64,000 nt of DNA from Hormiphora californensis (Eukaryota; Animalia; Ctenophora). Positions 1 through 25,387 of this stretch are shown here, one piece after another. The DNA is taken from contig CM035355.1 in assembly GCA_020137815.1 (NCBI GenBank), forward strand, positions 1,922,001-1,986,000. The letters run 5' to 3'. A program made the translations under genes and the position numbers. Positions within the stretch are counted from its first letter, which is position 1. The number at the start of each line of letters is the position of its first letter. The notes under the pieces are model-generated. The model was not told where the DNA came from and made no database searches. It saw only the letters and a list, made by a program, of their open reading frames with translations.

Positions 1-1
1 A

Positions 2-826
2 GCTCCCTCATTAGAGGATTATTTCTCTAACGGTATCTACTACGGGGCCAGTAACAGGCTGTTTAATGGTGTAGCGGGGGAGAAGGAGCATAGGGAGGTA
101 TTTAGGAGGTTCTACGGACGATTCTACACACCCGATGATCTATCTTGGAAGGAAATCAAGCAACTGTACAAAGATATGTTTGCACTGGGAGATGATTATT
201 ATAATAGTTCTGATTTCCATGGCAACCGAATTGGTTTCTATGGCAACTCGGCAGTTTGTATGTTCAAATATTTCGTTACTCCCCAGGACTCTCAATGGGG
301 CTTCTCAATCTCCATCCTTATACTCAACTTGGTTTGTTTCTTCATCATCGCCTCATCCTACCTCTCCATCTATCTCATCAACAAGAGAACACTCACCCGG
401 CAAGCCTCAGCACGTGCCCAAAGAATCAATATGGTATTACAGAAGAAAATCCAAGTTATAATCCTGACGGATTTCTTTTGTTGGATCCCCTTCATTGTGT
501 GTTGTGTGGTACACTTTTTATCTCTTGCTGACATGACAGTGACATACAGCTACTTTTCTGTGATCGCCCTGCCCATTAATTCTGTGCTAAACCCGCTGAT
601 ATATGATAGTTTCTTGGTTGCCAAGATGCAGAGTATGGTTGCTAGGTTACGGGGTCGTTTAGGGTTGGTTGCGGAGGATAGTAGGCGGGCATCTGTTGTT
701 ACTTTGGAAATGGAGACAAGAAGGAAGAGTAATTACTCTCATGTCGGAGAGATGATGAGATCTACAGTTACCTTAGCAACAACCATAGCAACCGGGACAG
801 AAACATTCGCAGAGGAAGAGATATGA
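2..826 (+). CDS. 3' part of an LGR/GRL101-like class A GPCR (ECL2 to C-tail); 5' end is outside the window; nested antisense in an ABCA intron
   Basis: Frame is open from position 2 (APSLEDYFSNGIYYG...). Motifs FYGNSAVC (ECL2), KKIQVIILTDFFCWIPF (TM6) and LPINSVLNPLIY (TM7) are typical of LGR/relaxin-receptor-type GPCRs. Confidence 0.85.
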   Translation, partial: APSLEDYFSNGIYYGASNRLFNGVAGEKEHREVFRRFYGRFYTPDDLSWKEIKQLYKDMFALGDDYYNSSDFHGNRIGFYGNSAVCMFKYFVTPQDSQWGFSISILILNLVCFFIIASSYLSIYLINKRTLTRQASARAQRINMVLQKKIQVIILTDFFCWIPFIVCCVVHFLSLADMTVTYSYFSVIALPINSVLNPLIYDSFLVAKMQSMVARLRGRLGLVAEDSRRASVVTLEMETRRKSNYSHVGEMMRSTVTLATTIATGTETFAEEEI

Positions 827-1047
827 AGCGTTATACTTTGAATCAGAGTTGTATTTTTTTCAATTGCTTGGGTATTTTAAATTGATTAAATTTTTGAAGA
901 AACCCTCAAAATACCTTACTCATTTCTGACTAATATTTGGCCGGCGTAGAAAATAGCATACTTGCCATACACATTAAGTACCACCCAAGTACATAGTTCA
1001 AACTCTCTTACCTTACCTTACCTCCTGTCTCTCTATGTCTCTCTTAC

Positions 1048-13734
<12,687 letters not shown>

Positions 13735-14497
13735 TTTTGTTCAAAAATATCTGATTTGCTCTTAAAATTTTACTGCAGAAAAATACATCTAATCTGAAAA
13801 GCTATAGTTGATATTATGTAATTAGTACGAACTACGAAGACTGAATGACTGGAAATCTCGAAATACGGAATTAGAAAACTGGAGATAAATCAATAAATCG
13901 ATTCAACAGTCTTATGCGATAGTAAAAAGGTAATTAGTAAACACGACAAATAAAGCTCACTGCTCAAGCATGAAATCTTGCAAGCCAAAAGAATAAAGAT
14001 CAAAATTTCAAAAACCAAAACAAAAAAGCTTAAAAAAATCTTAAAAAAAGCAAATAAACGTAGCTTTTTGTGAATCATCGCAGCGCTGCGCGTTTGAGTT
14101 TTTATGTAACGCGCAACGTTTTCACACTTTCCCGCTGCCGTTTACTCCGCAAGCAATCAAAAAATGTAACTTACTGATCTGATATGAATTGATCCGAGGA
14201 TGATCTGACGCCACACCTGCTTTTAACTGATTTTACTCCGTGCTGATTTTCGTTGAATAGTTTGAATCGCTCACTGAAGTTTTATCACGATATGTTCCTT
14301 GTTGAAAAGCGATAGTTTAAATGTTAGAGGAAGCTTCCATGTGTGCAGGCACTAGGAAGTTCTCCTCCCCGGCCTATCCACCATGGTTAACCACCCTCTT
14401 TCTGACTGCCATTACCCGTTCTGAACTCTTTCTGTTCCCCTTAGCTGAGGGGACATTAGGGCGGCGTGTGTGACCTGGTCGGAAGATCATAGTAGCC
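13735..14497. promoter_or_regulatory. Probable bidirectional promoter/5'UTR region between ABCA (-) and the coiled-coil gene (+)
   Basis: Head-to-head start codons ~760 bp apart. Acceptor-like sites lie upstream of both ATGs (TTTTCAG on minus ~13795; CCCCTTAG at ~14443). Confidence 0.5.
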
Positions 14498-17400
14498 ATG
14501 GCGGCACGGCAGAGGGAGCGCCCGGCGGAACTTGTTACACCATTTCTGTTGAGGTAGGGACTAGGGAACGATATTTTGGGCACCTTCAGACCTTCTTGTT
14601 TTCACCCAAATGGTCTCCTTCTTCATTCCACATTCTGATTAACTCCAATTAATCCTTTTTCGGCACTTCCCACTTCTGCCCGTACAACCGGCGGTTGTAC
14701 GGGCGGTTGTCAACCGCTTGTCCACCTCCTGGACCTCCAGCTCATATCCCCCTCGCTTCAGTGGGTCTCTGGAGGTCCCTAAGATTGGAGGTTCTCGTTC
14801 CTCCATGGACTCCTCCAAACACTCATCTGTGGACGTCAAGAAGATGAACTCTCCCAAAGAATCGGACCCACACGTAGCATTAGAGGTATGTGCTTTAGCA
14901 TCAAATTTCTCGAAAAATATGTAGATCACCAGAGGTATCCTTTGGTGATGCCATCCCCTCTTATACTTCGTTTGCCGCGCTGGCAGTGCTCCCCGTTTGA
15001 TTTCCGACAGCTGTAGATAACACAATTTAACAGCACTTCTTTCAAAGGAAGAACAGTGGAAGGTGAAGACAAGTGAAAGGCAGCTGATTCGAGAGAAGGG
15101 TTCTCTTCAGAAGGGCCTCAGAGAACTACATCACTCTTCCAACACATTTCACAAAGGTAGGAGGGGTTTAGGGCCAGGAAAATGAAATGGATGACAAGGA
15201 TTATGAGATAAACTCAGCAGCTGTTCACCCACGTTCATAATTCATTCACAGCTAAATGCATGGAAAATAGTGTTCTCGAAAGCTTTAAATAATTTGATAT
15301 TTCATTGTCTACCTATCTTGTAAAAGTTTAATGTTTGCTGACCCAGAAAAGGCAGAAGAGGCAAAGGACCATTTTAACGAGTTAGGATCTAAACTATCAA
15401 TCCTTTCTAAACTTCACCATGGATCCTATCAACTCGGCAAGGTTCATACCATTGATAGGTTAGTATCTTCGGTTTGCCTGGACAAAGTAGGAATGAGTAG
15501 GCATCTTGAATCTTCACTACCTACAACAACTGTTCATTACCTTTCCTGAATTTTATTTGACGTCGTCCTGCTGAAAGATACTAGAGAATGGATGGCCACA
15601 TATTTTATTGAAAGCTGAAATAGGCTGAACCATCTCGGACAGTTCATCCTTTTCGTATGATAAACAAGATTTCCCCAGGATTAACCAGAACAGGAAGAAC
15701 ACGAAGCATAATCACGAGGAGGGACGGACATTACAAATTGCTATGTAAGTTATTGATTTAACTTTGGACGTTAATTTTGTACTTCCTGGAGGAGGTCGCC
15801 TCTGACCGCCAAATCGGAGCGAGTGGTTTGGAACGGTTATACCCAGAATGACCGGCGGCCGGCCCTCTTTGCCCTACACTATCTAGCGGGCCGCGCGGGG
15901 TGCGCGTAGTAATCAAAGCACACTGCCGTAGGTAGCAACTTTTTAGGCACCCAGAGCGCCCTAAATCACCCCCTCTCCTGAATTCCCGTCCTAGTAGTTG
16001 GTAACCATGGCAACCCACCAGGACGACAACACAACAACAATACCACACCATCCTGAGGAGCATGGACCAGCTTGTCGGGGAGGCAGCCGAACTGGGATCT
16101 CGATTTGAGAGACAGCTCCGAGAGAAGGCCAGGCAGCATCATGAGCTAGGCGTGCAACTCAGGGAGGTTGGAGCTCAACTCAGGCTGGAGAAGGCGAAAC
16201 AGGACAAGTTTTATAAGGTGTGTAAGAGTTACCGATTTGCTAAAGAAGTATGGCAACTTGGGCGGCCGAAGTACAAGTTGTAGACCCCTTCCTACTATGT
16301 ACATACTAATTTTACATATTTCTAAGTTTTTAATTGTCCGCAACGTACTTGTAACTAGGTCCTAACATATATTTCTAACCTCTCCCCAATTAGGAAGAGG
16401 AGAGGAGGAGAAAAGAGGAAGCAATGGAGAAGTTAGGTCACTGGAAAGATGCCCAGGCAGTCACCACCACCCTGCAGACTCAGCTGAAAATCTACGAGAA
16501 GGAGTTCCTGGATAGTTCACGGTGAGTTATGTGAAGGATCAGTGATTAACTTTCCCAAGCACATGCTCTGTCTATCTGTTTCAAACAGTGTTTGAGTGAT
16601 CTATTTATATTATTTGGTACACGCACATTGGATGCAGGTGGTAAAGCTTTTGGCTTTTGCTGTATAACTTGTTGTAGGTACTGCTATAACACAATCCATG
16701 GTAAGTCGTTAACTTATTTTAGAGCATGCAATTATACACAAAGTAACGGTACAATAATTACACAACATGATCTTCACCTCAGATAATCAGGCACACACAT
16801 AATCAGTAATGTTAGTGAATGAATTCGACATTCGAATGGTTGTCCTAGCTTAGTTCTTGTTCATCTCCTTACTATATCCATACTCTCCCCTCCCCTATTC
16901 CTCCGGGTATTATATGTCCCCATATTGATAGATGCGTTCTTGATCTCCTCTGCATCAAGCTGCCCACAATCTGCCTGTTGTAATACTGTGTAATACTGTG
17001 TCTTCAAAGCTAACAGAGGTCGGGCAGATCTCTCTTGTTAGAACAAAATGGCCTCTGATCAAAGGCACATGGCCAGTTAGATTTCTTGATTTTGTACCAT
17101 CGGTTTCTTGCTATGGTTGCCAATGTCCCATCTAACTGTTGCAGCTGTCTCACATCGCCGTCTTCCTCATCCTCCAAGTCGATAGTCTTCAAAAGCTCTC
17201 CACCGGATTTTGGGAATGATTTTTGTAGGACCATATTTAGCCGCTTTAATTTTGAATTTTCGTACGGGACCCAGAGCAGAGAGAAGTTGAATGTTTCCAA
17301 GAGATATTTGAGTAGTGGGATCTCAGCTTTACCTTTGAGAAGAGTTAGCAAGTCATGCAGGAACTCATCTTTCAAATTCCACTGAACTACCAAAGCCATA

Positions 17401-20400
17401 AGGAGGTCTAGATGCGATCTTTGGGTGATTTCAACCAACAGTCCAGCAATTTCCTGATGCAATTTCTCATCCTCGTCCTCTAAACGAGACATAAAAAGGT
17501 GATCCATGAAAAGGTCATTTCCGAACTTGACTGATAACTTCAATGCGAGTAGTGCCCAGTCCCAAAGTCTGCATTCTTCATCCTCATCAAAATATGGCCA
17601 GTTTGGTTTGTACATTTCGTAGATCTTTACACATTCAGCAAACGCCCACTCAACTTTGAAGACAGCTATCATTTTAACAAAATCACTAAACACTTTAAAC
17701 CCAAAGCGACCAAATCTGAGTTTATCAAGTGTCCCAGAGTAACATACAACAACAAAGATCCTCACCACCTCAGGCTCAAAATCAGAGACATCATGTTCAA
17801 TTTCACCCGCTTCTTCAACTAACTCCTTCAGGACAGGAGAATTGTAGGCGAGAATGTAGGAGTTTGCAGTAATAGTGCTGCCATCTTTTAGGGTAAAACT
17901 AACATTGCCGTGGGCTGGAATGGAAAGATTTTCTCTCCCGAAATCAAATCGTTTTGGGAGAACTGGCTCAAAATTATATGTGTACCCCTGTGCATAACTA
18001 GAGTATATGACAAATGTAAGCATTTTATCCGGATCTTTATCATCATTAATAGCTTTAAATTGAACCCACTTTCCCTCGGACTCTGCTTTTATAGTTGGAT
18101 TCCTCGTGTCATTGACACTGTCAATTAAAATGATAACTACCATTGATACCAAATGACGGTATTCACACCGGTAAGTATTACGGTACGAGCCAACTAGCCG
18201 TACATTTAAGTAAGGCGTGTGATTCTCTGCCTTTTCTATATATCCCTCCACCTGCCATGTCATCCCATCTTCTACGTGACTTGTCGAAAGGAGTTCTGTA
18301 GTAAAGTCACTCACATTTCGAGAGAAAGTAACAGTGTTACTGTTTGATATAGCTGGTAACGTTGGTTTCCAGATAAAAATGTCATCAATAGCGATTTTAA
18401 AATTGGTTGTGCTATCATCATGCTCATCCGGGATATTGACTTGATCCCACGGAAAGGCGGTGTTCCAAATAACAGTGGTAGATAGGTAGGAAGGTCTGGT
18501 AGGTGGGTCTGGTTGTCTGTCCTCTATACAAGGTGGGCCACGGATTGTTGGTCATGGTTAGCGAGGTGGTGCGTCAAAACGGTGATAGTTGTGAGAATAA
18601 AAATTATGGGAGCACTCTGGATCAATTCCTTGGTAACTTTTTCCATAATTTTTTGTCAAAAATTCGAAAATTCATTTTTCATTCCTTCATTCATTTCTCG
18701 TTCATTCATGATGTGAGCATCCTAATTTTCCATCATTATGCTATTCTTCTTTGGCTTGAATTTGTCTTTCCAATGAGCACCATAAAAATGAAATTGAAGT
18801 ACCAGGTCACACAGCAGTTGAGAAAATGTTCATGCATGATTTTGGCTCTTTTTGCGACTTTCAAACAGCTGTATCACGGCTACCTTTCGTTCAATCTTCT
18901 TAAAACTTTGGGAAAACATTGGATAAGCAAAGATCTTCACTCACAAGAAAAATCAAGGCCAAAGGTCAAAGTTCATTTTTCATTTTTGTTAGTTCATTCC
19001 GTTCATTCAGGAACCAACATCCCTAAAGTGATGAAAATGTGTGGGTTTTATTTGGCTCATGTCCTGCAATGACAGAGAGGTGTAATAGCGTGTTTCAAGG
19101 CTATTTTGTGGGTGTCCATGTGATCATAATGATATCTGACACCTTTTCAGAGCCATAATTAAGGGATTTTCTCAAATTCAAGCATGTAACTTGGTTTTTC
19201 TGCAATTAATACCGTGCAACAATGTTATGAGATCTCATAGCACCTCAAAAATGATTATTAGCTCAATGAAATAAGTTGATTTATGATTGAAAAGATTAAA
19301 ACCGATGTCAAATTGAACGAAACGAACAATTTTGATCATAAATCAACACATTTCATTGAGCTAATCATCATTTTTGAGTTGTTGTGAGATCTCATAACGT
19401 TGTTGCACGGTACTAATCGCAGAAAAACCAAGTTACATGCTTGAATTTGAGAAAATCCCTTAATTATGGCTCAGAAAAGGTGTCAGATATCATCATGATC
19501 ACATGGACACCCACAAAATAGCCTTGAAATACGCTATTACACCTCTCTGTCATTGCATGACATGAGCCAAACAAAACCCACACCTTTTCATCACTTTAGG
19601 GATGTTGGTTCCTGAATGAACGGAATGAACTAACAAACATGAAAAATGAACTTTGACCTTTGGCCTTGATTTTTCTTGTGAGTGAAGATCTTTGCTTATC
19701 CAATGTTTTCCCAAAGTTTTAAGAAGATTGAACGAAAGGTAGCCGTGATACAGCTGTTTGAAAGTCGCGAAAAGAGCCAAAATCATGCATGAACATTTTC
19801 TCAACTGCTGTGTGACCTGGTGCTTCAATTTCATTTTTATGGTGCTCATTGGAAAGACAAATTCAAGCCAAAGAAGAATAGCATAATGATGGAAAATTAG
19901 GATGCTCACATCATGAATGAACGAGAAATGAATGAAGGAATGAAAAATGAATTTTCGAATTTTTGACAAAAAATTATGGAAAAAGTTACCAAGGAATTGA
20001 TCCAGAGTGCTCCCATAATTTTTATTCTCACAACTATCACCGTTTTGACGCACCACCTCGCTAACCATGACCAACAATCCGTGGCCCACCTTGTAGATAG
20101 TCTAGTACTGGGGGCAAAAATGTGCTTACCCTGGCCCTCGTCTCTCGTTCCAGAAGATGTATCAGAAATAGAGTATGACGCAGTACAACTCCATTCTTTC
20201 GTTGAGTTTATTGGGCCTTCACAAACAATACGAAATCCAATGCATTCATTTTCACACTTATAACCAGAAATCTTCCATAGAAATCCACCAACATTCCGCA
20301 AAGCAGTGAAGCCGATTCTGCTTCCAAACGAGATAAATTTATCCGGGTCTGTATTGCCTTCATCTGCTTCGGGTATCCTGAAGACCCCTAAACTTAATGT

Positions 20401-22190
20401 TGTCGCCATGCCTAAAATTGTGACAATGAGGAAAGTTAAGTGTTCTCTTTCCAGCTCAAACAAAACCATCAACACGACAAAGTAACATGATATACATGCA
20501 GATAAGAGTTGCTTAGGTTACCAAAATGCAGAAAAATGGTATGGTTTTTTTGGGTCACTTAGCCACACGCTGAGCAAACCACATACCGCCCGGGTATGGG
20601 TAACTATGGCGCTAAGCTCCCCCTTTCTCAACTTTGGTATGGTGGAATGGTAATGGTTATACCAGAGGTGTAAATAATGTAACGATTTTCTAAGTATATT
20701 TCAAATTGATTTTGTTTTTTCGTGAATTCTCCTGCCAGGCCAATGCTCTGACAAGAAGTCTCCTTCAAGATTCGAAATGTTTCCAATCCGACAGACCAAA
20801 ACAGATCACCCATCAGTTACTAATATCTCTCTTCTATCCCCCAGTGATCATGCTAAGGCAGTACGTGGTAAAAAGGACCGGACCTCCCTACAAGTTAGAG
20901 AATTTGAAAGGAAGATACAGGGTGTTGATGTTCAACTGAAGAAGGTGGCGGATCAGCAGAGAAATATTGTGAAAAACAAATCACATCTCAATAATCAGGA
21001 GGTAGGAAACATGTCCCAGTCTTTTTAGGTTTTATCTGTTTGCCTGATTCAAATTGGCTCATTCGACTTCCCCATGAGGTTACTGCGACACATAAGTTTT
21101 GGGATATGGTTGCCTTGCTCGAGCCCTTTCCGTCAGCTCCACCCGGGTTAGAGCATAACTAGGATATGGGCATTTACCTAACAAGTTTTGTTTTCACAGA
21201 TTGTTGCGGCGAATGATAGACGAGTCCAGGATCACATATCCAAGGCCCAGGGTCATATTGAACAGAGACAAATCAAGACAAACAAGTGGAAACCCTAAAC
21301 TGCAGCAACTAGCCAGGGAGAATGAGAGACGACTTGAGAAGATGGAGAAAACTCTACTCTATGTGAGTATTATACTAACCCCATAATAACCCCATTGCTT
21401 GGTCGTGAAGACAGGGGCGTGACGTACCCCATGATACCCCGGTAGAGGTCCCCGTGAAGATTTTTAGGAGCCCTTTGTTACCATGACAACAATCACCAGC
21501 AACTGGCGTGTATTGTTACAACCCCTGGAGGAGTTAGAACGATAAAATAGGAAACATTCTAACAACATGTCCCCCACATTACAGGAAGATGTTGCGAAGG
21601 CTGGTGAAACGGAGAGCGTGCTGTTCAGGAAGATGCGAGGTCTGGAGAGTGATACTAGGAAACAGGGTCAGGTGCTGGCCAGTAAAAGGGCTGCTCTGGA
21701 ACGAGAGGGACAGAGGGGCAGGATCATGGCTCAGAACCAACTGAGAACAATCAATGAAAATGAAAATCAGGTATGTAGTTGTATTGGCTGCGAAGCAGCC
21801 CCTCCGAAAAGGCGCGACGTGCCCAAGTAGTTGTACTACGTGTACGTGTAAACTGTTAAGAAAGGTGGTCCACTTACCCAATACTGAATTGAGAATTGGA
21901 CGAGATCAGACTCACCCATCATCCATTTTTATTATGCCCCTCCCTGATCGCTGATATTTATAGTTCCCTAATTTAGGATTCATAATCCCCTTTAATTACA
22001 ATGTTTCTAGTATGTAACTCTAACACCCCCCCCCCTCACCTAGTTGTTAGAGGAGGTAGCAAAAGAAGAGGCAGCTCTGAGACAGCTTGTTGTACAGAGG
22101 GATAATGCCGTGACAGAGTACAGACAACATCAAACATCGCTCAAAGATGTCATGAAGATGTTCCAAACCATGACATCTAAAGACCGCTAA
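14498..22190 (+). CDS. Multi-exon coiled-coil protein of unknown family
   Basis: Phase-consistent exons: 14498-~14553, ~14762-14885, ~15047-15156, ~15346-15458, ~15679-15744, ~16022-16217, ~16394-16521, 20844-21001, 21200-21362 (one extra base), ~21584-21770 and ~22043-22190 (TAA). AATAAA at ~22265. Heptad-like E/K/Q/R-rich translation. Confidence 0.7.
17010..20409 (-). CDS. MATH-like x2 + BTB/POZ protein (SPOP-like architecture), interrupted by a palindromic transposon; nested antisense in intron 16522-20843
   Basis: BTB: GNVSFTLKDGSTITANSYILAYNSPVLKEL...DFEPEVVRIFVVVCYSG. MATH-like: GFLWKISGYK..IGFRIVCEG..WSC and GMTWQVEGY..YLNVRLVG. Segments 20409-20094 and 18526-17010 join into an 1833-nt open frame. 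Confidence 0.75.
18529..20093. mobile_element. 1565-bp foldback (near-perfect palindrome) non-autonomous element, TA TSD, Tc1/mariner-like ends
   Basis: CAAGGTGGGCCACGG...CCGTGGCCCACCTTG; arms ~760 bp with scattered mismatches; TA at 18527-28 and 20094-95. Confidence 0.93.
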
Positions 22191-23266
22191 AGACACCTTT
22201 AGCGTGTACCTGAAGAACTGTTGTCTATTGAGCTATAATTGTAGAACTGTTGTGAGATTTCGGTAATAAAGACCTAAGTTTTAGTAGGTGCTGCGTCATA
22301 TTGACACTCTGTGTGTGTGTGTGTGTTCGAGACTGACATTGGGTTTTGTAATTGTAGGACAGGTTGCAGTATCATGGTATCACCCTAATGTTAGTATGAC
22401 AGTTTGCTCAGTTTTGGGAGAGATTTTAGATTTTTGCGTAACTTGAGCGGCTCAAATTGAGCCAGCCAAAGATTTTTCTAGAATTTTGGTAGGGACACGT
22501 CAGTCAGAATTGTAGAGAGGTGATATGAGGGGTGTATTCTAGAATTCTGAGCTAAAATATGTGATTTTATAATTTATATCTCAGGTTTTTGTAGCACAGA
22601 AAAATGTCTTCTTTCCTGTTTTATCGGCTACGTGACGGTGGGTGACAAATTCATGACTCTGAGTTTCCGGGATTCATTCCTCTGCGTGTGTGTGTGATCT
22701 GATGGATCCACCTCCGCGTGGGAGAGAATTTGCCAGCCGAATCCCTGTTCTGAGAAGGGTGCGCGCGGTGAGGTCTACATGGTAGGAGCCGCGCGTTACA
22801 TCAGGTCTATTGCACAAGTATTTGAAGGGGCAGCAGCTCTGGGGGGATCATGATGATGACGAGACTTGCTGCACCACCTAACACCTGGTTAATTAAAGGG
22901 TAAATAACAACGATTCAATTCTTTAAAGTGACGTCAAATAAACATCAGAAAGAAACACATTATTAAGTTGAAATCAAAAAGTAAAAACTCTGGCTAGTGG
23001 CAACCCTCTCACTCTGACGTTGTCAATTCTCTCTTCGGAGATTAATGATTATTATAATTCTGATCAGAAAATATGATAATTAAGTTTCCTTCTAGAAGCG
23101 TCTCTTTCTCGCTATATTACACTGAGGTCACTTCTCAAATAGTTAGTATCGCATTATCACAAGTTTTTAAACTGTATCAATCATGTTCCACTTTGCGAAT
23201 CTCTAAAGTTTGAAACTGGAAATTCCAGTGGAATGCTTAGTCTGAAAACACGCACACATAACTCCC

Positions 23267-25314
23267 TCAGTTCTGATAAATCACCCCATAAGACCTCCCA
23301 TTCTCATCCTTCCCATTAGTTAGAGGAAGGGTTGGCGGCGATAATGTTGAAAATGTTTTCTGCAACTTTTCAATTCCGTTTAGCCACTTTCTTGAGCACT
23401 CAGCATTGTCAGCGTGGAGCATGTATGTAGCAAACTCAGTTTTTAACCTGATGGAGGGAGAAGGATATAAAATACAGTGATATAAATTATTACTAGATAG
23501 GCTCACTGGCTAAGGGGATAAGATGTTGGTAAAATAGGGACCGATACCTAACGTGTGCTCCTGCTGTAAATTGAATTTGGAGTCTAGCTATTATTGAACA
23601 GCAATTGGATGCTATAAATAACTACGATCTCTGCAGGGCAGTGGTGACTCCTTATATGTTAAAATTTAATGCATTCTTCTTGATATTAGAATGCTTTATA
23701 GCATGTTGTGAAATTAGTGCTGATAAGATTTGTGGGCTTACTTTCGGGGTTTTGGGTTTGGTAATCTTAGTCCTTCTCACGATTTATTGAATTCCAAAAT
23801 TACCATGCATTTGCGGAAAAACTTCTATATTTAGAAGTGTTTCCACAAATACAGAAGCTTTCAGACTTTCGGGTTTTGATGATCTAAATCATTATCAGCC
23901 CCTGCTCAAGAGATAAAACAATGGAATTCCTCTCCACCAGTCTGGAATCCAATTGACGTCATACATAGAGAGATAAGACACATTTGATAAACACATTCAC
24001 AATACCACGCTAATATAAAATTACAAAATGTTTAGGTTGTGTCTTGGTGACGCCAGATATAAACCAAGCTGACCTGAACTGAGTATCGTTGATTAAATCA
24101 CATGACTGTATCTCCGACACGACTATTTGTCCCAGTCTATCTGGCCCGTTGTAGAATGATATCACTGGTACGATATTCCCAACACCGTGATCCTCTAGCT
24201 CAAACCACCGGGACTTGTACAAACTGAATGGGGGTTTGGGGTTAAGGAATATTGTAAGAACTGAGAAGGGGGTTGGAGTCAAGGAATCTTGTAAAAAATG
24301 GGGGGGGGTTGGAGTTAGGGAATCTTGTAAAAATGGGGAGGGGCAGAGGGGGGGTTTGGACGAGATAGTAGAGATCAATGAGCGTCAGGGCCGGGGAGCT
24401 AGGAATGAAAGATAAGGTGTGATGATTCATATACCATTCACTCACTCCCTCCCTCTCCCTCTCTCTCCCCCTCTGACGTAAAGCTGCTAGCCTTGTGATT
24501 CTCGAATCTCAATGCGGGTGTGTATTATATGGGAGTCTGTGTGTGTTATAATTCCGTGAGATTCCATGGCATTAAATGGAGCTCTTTCCCCACGCACAGA
24601 AAAAAGCTAAAAATCCCATGCGATGCGGATCACAGTGCAGGAGACTGATATTTTCACTAAAAAAAGGTTATAAAACATACTTGAATGTTCCAGATCGAAG
24701 GGCCAGGTTGCCTCTCAGAGACACTTGGTATCGGAGGAAGAGGTTCTCTTCTTGGCATTTGGCCAGCATTTCCTGAGTATGGAGGAACATCTCTCGCTTC
24801 ATTTGCAGCTGAAACAGATGGAGGGGGTTTTAGTAAACGGGTTAGTTTTGGTAATGAAATTACCCCTCAACACCAGCATAATAGGGGTTACTTTGTAACC
24901 AAGTGATTGTTTCTATCAATTGTATACAAGTAGTGTTCCGTGATTGAGCTCAAGAGGTATATCATGGGGCAATTGTGTAGTGAGTAAGGTCTGGCAAATG
25001 ATACATATCTAAATGTAGGGTACGTATATGGTGTCAACTATCATACATCTCTTATTACTCCATACCTATATTCTCTCGAACTAACTACACACTCGGCCCA
25101 CCGTGTCCAATTCTAAATATGTAGGGATCAAATCATTGAACAAAGGAGTCGGTAACGGCCGGTGACCTCTCCTGCGTGCAAACCCAGTGCACTAATAATT
25201 GCTCTCCAGAACCCCCTTACAGTGTGAGCTCCACAGTGCACTAAGTGCACGAGGGTTCCACATTATTTTACCACATTGGTGGCCCTGCTACTCAGGCGTC
25301 ATTATATTGCAGGT

Positions 25315-25387
<73 letters not shown>

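Noticed and set aside
18503-20089. 189-aa and 179-aa ORFs as a transposase or gene pair
   Set aside because: They are mirror images from the palindrome arms and show no DDE or HTH motifs.
22490-22815. RNase P or SRP RNA
   Set aside because: Only partial motif resemblance. The SRP helix-8 AGCAG/GNRA and the RNase P conserved regions are not convincingly present.
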